64,000 bases of DNA, from positions 14,972,633 to 15,036,632 of the forward strand of contig OZ037769.1 of the NCBI GenBank assembly GCA_964035545.1, written 5' to 3'. Source of the stretch: Bugula neritina. Its lineage: Eukaryota; Animalia; Bryozoa. Of this stretch, positions 57,701-64,000 are shown piece by piece. Both the position numbers and the translations under genes were made by a program. The notes beneath the pieces are model-generated. The model was not told the origin of the DNA. It did no database searches and saw only the letters and a list, made by a program, of their open reading frames with translations. Positions within the stretch are counted from its first letter, which is position 1, and every line of letters begins with the position of its first letter.

Positions 57701-59867
57701 TGATTTTGTTCCTTCTTTTTTTACTTTCACATCATCCTGGAACAATGAACTCATTTGTTGTCATGGAAATTCATTCACTTTTACTAATAATTTTTACCTC
57801 CGCTTTAAAAAACATAAAGTAAAGCAATTAAATTATATATAAAGATATTTTCTTAGTTGTGTTAAGTGCTCATTTGTTTGTGCAAGACATTTGCTTTGAA
57901 ACTATAACAAGAAAGAGTTTGTTGTGCAATTATACATGCTTATAAGCATAATGAGGTACGTGTATATAGAAAATTGTGCTTCTATAAAAAACACTGGGTT
58001 ATCAAAATACAACGTTACACTGCTATATATTGCCACTATTGACATCATAAATAGTGCTTTTAATGATTCTAATGGGCATTTAGATATTATAGCAAATGTA
58101 TCTATTGTTGGTGACGGAGCTACTTTCAACTTTTTAAGATTGCAATCATTGATCGCATAGGTGTATACTTTTCCTTAGCAATTTTGGTGGTTGTTTACTA
58201 AACCAAATTCACCTTACCTGTTTATATAACATGCAATATTTCCTACACACAAATGACAATATACTATTATTCAATACACTTCGCAAATCGTCATTAGCTA
58301 AGATGTATCCACATATAAACAGAATAATTCACTCACCTTGCTAATCTCTAGACCATGGTTATCAGCTCTAGTATTAGGTTTTTCTTCTAAGGATTTTATC
58401 TTATCTGGTGTAGAAGCAGCTTTCTTGTCTTTATATGAAATCATTTCACAAAAACTTGTCAACATATAATAATAGAAACTGATGCAACAGAAGTTTTAGC
58501 AACTATCCAGCATTTTTGGCTATGTAAAGGGAGACTAATATTATTTGTAATACTCGATAAGATCTCAGTTATATTCAAAAAAAATATTCATGAAGTTAGC
58601 AATAAATACACACGTTATATATTAGTAACAATAGTATTGCACTTGTGTATTTACCAAACGGTTTGCCAATATGTGGTTCCACAAACAGAATTCCAGCAAT
58701 AATATTGACTAAAGTAAAAGTGGATATAATCCCCATAGCATAGGAATATCCAAATTTACTCAGCAAATACTGTGACAAAAGTGGCCATGTTAATACTCCA
58801 ATGTTGTATCCTAGCATTGATAGAGCGAATGCAATATACTTGAACCGATCAAAGTAAACAGTGAGGATAGCTGAATTTGCATTGAAGCAGAGAGACGCAC
58901 CAAGTCCTACAAAAGACATTTCATTGCATTATATAGTAACTGTGTTTAATTTTGTAAAGGGGCTAAATATGCCATGACAGTAGTAAACTTACAAAGCATC
59001 AGAACTGGTTATTTATTGCGTTTGGTAACGCATATAATATGTAGAATGGCTTACAGAACAGTGCTTTGAATTCTACATGATGACCGTTGCTGAAAATAAA
59101 AAACGTTATCTATCTATTCAAAATATTTTAGACTTTTTAGTCCATATTTTGGCAATTACATCGTATTAGGAAAAATCCATACAAGTTTGTAGCCCTGAAA
59201 AAACTATTTCCACAGCGATAAATTGTTACCAATTTTTTTCAAAATGAAGTAATATTGCCATGTTGTACACCTAAATTGAGAAAAAGTTCTCCAAAATAAG
59301 CAGTGAAAAGCAAGATTTATCTTTGTAGGTATGTTAGAATTAGCTTTTATACCTGCAAGAACACTGTACAGAATGATAACATGCCACAACTGTCTAGACA
59401 GTTTTGAAAGAGAAAAGCCAAGTAAAATGCAGGTTCCTCCAGTTATCTGGGTAACTCTGTAGCCAAACTTCTTTATTATGACAGAAGCCAAAGGACCTGA
59501 AAATTGATAAAAAATATTAAAACAAAAGAAGCGATGTCTCTGCCATGTCCAAATGTATTTGAAGATTTGATGCCTAATGTCTTTATTGAAAAAATCTAAT
59601 AATTTAACAAAAACAGTGATAAGAAATAATGCATTTTTAAGGTAGGTGCATACTGAGCATTAGGAGACATCCAAAATGTATAGATCCAGCCAGACTTCCT
59701 TTCTGAAGGTCGATGTTGAAGAACTGCTGATGAGCTATAGTCAAGTTACCAACAACTCCATAACTCAATCCATAATGAGTAAAATAAGATAGGAATGATG
59801 CTACACCTATAACCCATGCGTAGCCTTTGTCTTTCTTAAAGCCAGGCTTATTGCAAGGTCTCTTCAT
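54299..59867 (-). CDS. SLC16: SLC16/MCT-like MFS transporter, intact, ~454 aa. Exons 59867-59654, 59496-59353, 58906-58655, 58428-58337, 57736-57629, 56807-56672, 56022-55889, 54898-54730, 54414-54299
   Basis: [15 protein letters not shown]-terminal MCT motif, [18 protein letters not shown] and multiple TM segments; all phases consistent. Acceptor at 59888 indicates an upstream 5'-UTR intron. Confidence 0.9.
54494..54699. repeat. (GT)/(GTGTGTGC) microsatellite
   Basis: Seen directly. Confidence 0.95.
55013..55818. mobile_element. Non-autonomous piggyBac-type DNA transposon (MITE), 806 bp
   Basis: TTAA on both sides (55009-55012, 55819-55822); termini CCCTGTTA(A/G)GC... and ...GCCTAACAGGG; no ORF. 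Confidence 0.8.
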
Positions 59868-59981
59868 TATAACTTGTTTAAGTTATCCTGCAATACACAC
59901 AGTGAAAAATTCAATTAGGATGCAGCTATAACGCATTTACCTTTGCAATTTAACTAAGATGACCTTACAGTGTATTTAAAC

Positions 59982-60409
59982 TGGGTCATTTTACTTATTT
60001 TAGTAAACGCTGGAAATCTCCAGTTTTTAGCGTTTTTTCACAATTTAACTGCTAATGAACATAGTTTTTTGGCAAAAACTAGTGAAATATGAATGGATAC
60101 ACTTAAATAATTAAAGGTTCTTTTTAATTTTGCTTGATTTTCTATGTTTTTCTCCTAATTATTCAGCTACTTTTGATTGCAGAATGTTATGAAAAAACCA
60201 TAACTCTCCGAAATCAAAAGTAGTAGAATAATTAGAAAAAAACATGGGAAATCAAGCAAAATTAAGAAGAACCTCGATTAATTAAGTGTGTTCATTTATA
60301 TTTAACTTATTTTGAGCAAAATAACCATGTTCATTAGCAGCTAAACTGCAAAAAATAGTTAAAAACTGGAGATTTCCAGTGCGTATACTAAATTAAATAA
60401 AATGACCCA
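59982..60409. mobile_element. Foldback/MITE-like imperfect hairpin (~430 bp) in the SLC16 5'-UTR intron
   Basis: TGGGTCATTTTA...CTGGAAATCTCCAGTTTTT mirrored by AAAAACTGGAGATTTCCAG...TAAAATGACCCA; inverted similarity extends to a centre near 60195. Confidence 0.78.
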
Positions 60410-61496
60410 TGCAACTTTATCACATTGACAACAAAAACGTATGCTATTTTTATATCATGATTTTATACCAAACACATATTTAAAAAAAAGAAATTAAGAT
60501 TTTATCTGTAATACACTAAGCTTTTTGCATATATAAAAAGGCCTGAAAGGACTACAATAGTTGCGTTGAGAAACTCAAGTACAAAAGACCGTACGCTATA
60601 GTCTGGCAGCGGCTATATTATATCAGGCATCAATTTAAACATGTATATTATATTGAAAGTTTGTTTCAATCAAATTTGGGTTAACTATAATAGTTGCAAA
60701 AAAACAATAAAAAATAATTCTCCTTCTGAATTTTTTCAACTATACACACTATAATGCAAATTGTTGTCAACAAATGCTTCACAATTTCAAATATTATGTT
60801 TTAGTAGAATATGTATAATTTTCATTACAGTAATTTCCACAATTTTATTAACCTCCTACAGCATTGTTTATGCTTTTATAATCTTTTAATTCAATAGTAA
60901 AATCCTTGGTTGTTTTATGCTGACAGTGGTATCGTACTTGTGCATGGCTTTAACATATTGCATCATCATTGCATAATCTTTGTGGCTATAACTTAATGTA
61001 CTGGTATCACGTACTGGCATGGCATAATGGCAGCACATAATGGCAGCACGTAATGGCATCACTTGATAGCATCACACTATGTACTTACACAAGTAGACCA
61101 GTTGAAAGTTATTACTACAGTCATCAGAACATAGTTTTTATACACTGATTTGCAAAAGAATATATACAGTCAACTCAAAGAATAATATAGTTAACTGCAT
61201 CTCATCATGTGAGAGCAGCTCAGCTATGTGTACATTAATTGCTAGGTGCATTTTTACTGCTACTGTGAATATTATCTTTTTTGTGTTAGGCTAATTGCTT
61301 TGAAATGTTGCAATATTTAGATTTATATAGATTTGTTGAAGTCACTTAGATGCAGGTTCTGTTCATGTATATATCTTATGTTTTGTTTTTATAGTATTCA
61401 TTGGTTAACAAAGGGTAAACAAATGGTTATTATTAAAGTTACATCAAATCAAACATATATAAACCCTGTCGAGACTTGTTATTGCCAATATGGGAA

Positions 61497-61498
<2 letters not shown>

Positions 61499-61584
<86 letters not shown>
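61499..61584. repeat. (TA)n microsatellite
   Basis: Seen directly. Confidence 0.97.
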
Positions 61585-62017
61585 AAAGACACAGGTGTAG
61601 AGATTAGTGAGGTGAATGAACTATTCTGTATAATATTATGATTAATGATTAATATTAATTGCGCAGTGTACTGAAATATAGTGTAAGGATTAGTGTTTTC
61701 AGAAAATGTAAATATGACCAGGTGAAATGAATTAGACTTATAGTATATAAGTAGTCACCAAAACAGCTGAAATGAGTTATACACCTATACAGTAAATAAT
61801 AGTAATTTAAAAACATTGAGAGTGGTTTCACCACCTACAATAGATACATTCTTTCTGTTTAAATGCTTATTAGAGTACTGTTGAAAGAACTATTTGAATG
61901 TCAATAGTGTAATAGTATATATAAGCAATGTAATATGATAATGCAGTTTTTTTGAAGAACAACTTTCCATACGTGACTAATAAGTATGTATGTTGTGTGT
62001 GTGTATGTTTATTTGTT

Positions 62018-62049
<32 letters not shown>

Positions 62050-62292
62050 GTTTCTATAATTAAAAATGAATCAAAAGAACTCAATATTTCGAAAAATAGA
62101 GTATTTATATTTGGTACTAATACAATTTTGGATATGAAAATAAACTTAGATCTTCATTCTATTGACTACAATATTGTAGTCAATAGAATGAAGATCTAAG
62201 TTTATTTTCATATCCAAAATTGTATTAGTACCAAATATAAATACTCTATTTTTCGAAATATTGAGTTCTTTTGATTCATTTTTAATTATAGA

Positions 62293-62295
<3 letters not shown>
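62050..62295. repeat. Perfect spacer-less 246-bp palindrome flanked by (TA)n
   Basis: Centre CAAT|ATTG at 62172/62173; arms mirror out to GTTTCTATAATT... / ...AATTATAGAAAC and into the TA tracts. Confidence 0.95.
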
Positions 62296-62384
<89 letters not shown>

Positions 62385-62391
62385 ATATATA

Positions 62392-62870
62392 TATATTTAC
62401 ATTTTCTGAAAACAATAACCCTTACACTATCTTTCAGTACATTGAGCAATTAATCATTAATCATTAATCATAATATTAGACAGAATAGTTCATTCACCTC
62501 ACTAATCTCTACACCTTGGTAATTATTAGCTCCAGTCTCAAGACTTTCTTCTGAAGGTTTTAAATTATTTGGTGTAGAAGGATTTTGCCCCTTTTTATGC
62601 AAGCAATTCAGAAAATTAGGTGATATAACAATGCCTTTTAACAGAAACTGATACTATATAGTTATAAGCAACTTTATAGCATATTTCGCTATATAATAAA
62701 AGTAGTACTAACATTTATTGTAATACTTGATAGGATTTCAATTAGATCCATAAACATGTTTTTGATGTTGGTCACAAATACACACATTATATTAGAGTAA
62801 CTTAACTACCTAACACTTTTACATCCTGTGGTTCCACAAAAGGAATTCCAGCAATAATATTTATTAAAAG
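62392..62870 (-). pseudogene. Degenerate SLC16 relic (end of coding exon 3, intron, exon 4, start of intron 4)
   Basis: TGTGGTTCCACAAA-GAATTCCAGCAATAATATT matches ~58672-58708; CACC-CTAATCTCTA-ACC-TGGT matches ~58334-58360. A partial inverted copy lies at 61593-61716. Confidence 0.65.
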
Positions 62871-64000
62871 ACGTCCACCAGTGTGGTGGTTGCTATATTA
62901 CATGCAGTTTACATTGAAGGCTATAGCTTTAACCAAATTGTGGTTAAATGACAGAAGTGAAGAAACAATAAAAACTGAGGCTCTATTTGTTTTGCTCCAT
63001 ACCATATTTTGCGCACACATTGACAATTCAACCAACAATGCAACATAACTGGAAAATATTCACAGAGAACATAGGTATTTACAGACGAAACAGCAAGAAA
63101 AGAAGTAAAGTTACCTCTATATGTTTCAATCCTTAACTGGTTTACTTAGTGTAAGACCATGAGTCTATGTATACATTTAGGCTTATCATGCCAAGCAGCA
63201 AGTACATATAGCGCAACTCCAACGCACTGAGGCAACCTGATTTGATGTTAGCAACAGAGCTAAGTAGCTTTCCATTACCTATGTGTTCCACGAAACTAAT
63301 AATCAGTAATATAAAGTCACTGGCTGTACAAATCAGCTTCAAAATGCTAGCTATATACTCTCCAACACAAAATACATAGTGTGCAATGCAAACATATAAA
63401 TTTGACAAAACAGCATAAATTGAAATAGTTCTACTTTTATGCTGATAACAACATGAAAGTTTTACAAAAAAAATTACATACCTGCACTTTTCAGTATATC
63501 TCTTATCCTATACCACTAAAGTAGTCATAGAAAATTTTGAGACAATCAGTGCTGATGGTCCTTGTATTAAATTAAAATATAGAAATTGTTACCAACCCTT
63601 GCAGACGAGGAACAATTACAATGACTAACTGATTGGGAGTAACTTTAACCAGTTCAATTTGATTGGTCAGATAACAATCATAATAATTTAAACTAGTAGT
63701 AGATAAAGTTAGGATTTATGAATGATTACAGCTACTTCTAGCAGTAATTTGTATTCTAGAACAATTTTTTTATCCAGAAGATTTTAAGAGCTACATTATG
63801 AGTGACGGGTAAAAATAATACGAAATACTATTTTTGATTGACAGGTATCAAAAATGCAGGGCTGATTTCTTATTTAAATCCTCTCCTTTTAAACTTTGTT
63901 CTAAAGAATATCTCTTAACACTGTAGCTATTGGATAAGAAATTAGTCTGGTAACTTTACTCAAAGTTTTCTCACTTTATTTTGGTAATGTAAATTTATAA

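Noticed and set aside
61010-61075. Short TAATGGCAGCAC repeats (and the 47655-47692 repeat) as a CRISPR-like array
   Set aside because: Head-to-tail minisatellite with no spacers, in a eukaryotic context.
61593-62516. DNA transposon with ~125-bp TIRs
   Set aside because: The arms match SLC16 exon/intron sequence and there is no TSD; reinterpreted as an inverted gene-relic duplication.

Overview
AT-rich, intron-rich animal (invertebrate-like) genomic DNA with GT-AG spliced genes; no prokaryotic features. It holds a cluster of SLC16/MCT-type MFS transporter genes: a 5'-partial + strand gene (37-4908), a + strand copy with two premature stops (48476-53603), an intact - strand gene (54299-59867) and relics near 29.4 and 62.6 kb. 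Inside the cluster is a tandem duplication of a membrane-anchored CLCA-family gene. Copy 1 (13084-27641, ~1045 aa) is full length. Copy 2 (30628-43157, ~703 aa) has lost the whole VWA domain by an in-frame exon-exon fusion but is otherwise intact. Both copies have KExxH instead of the HExxH zinc-protease motif, and an R-X-K-R furin-type site near the vertebrate self-cleavage region. A young Ty3/gypsy LTR element (5822-11188) keeps gag, a -1 frameshift signal and protease, lacks RT/RNase H and the integrase core, and has a putative spliced zinc-finger/coiled-coil third gene in the env position. Two different (TA)n-embedded inserts carry Penelope/retrozyme-type hammerhead ribozymes in sense orientation within introns, one with an intact core (3632-3678). 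Also present: tRNA-derived SINEs, a TTAA-flanked piggyBac-type MITE, hairpin elements, a perfect ~250 bp palindrome and many microsatellites. All gene models were read by eye; no database searches were run.
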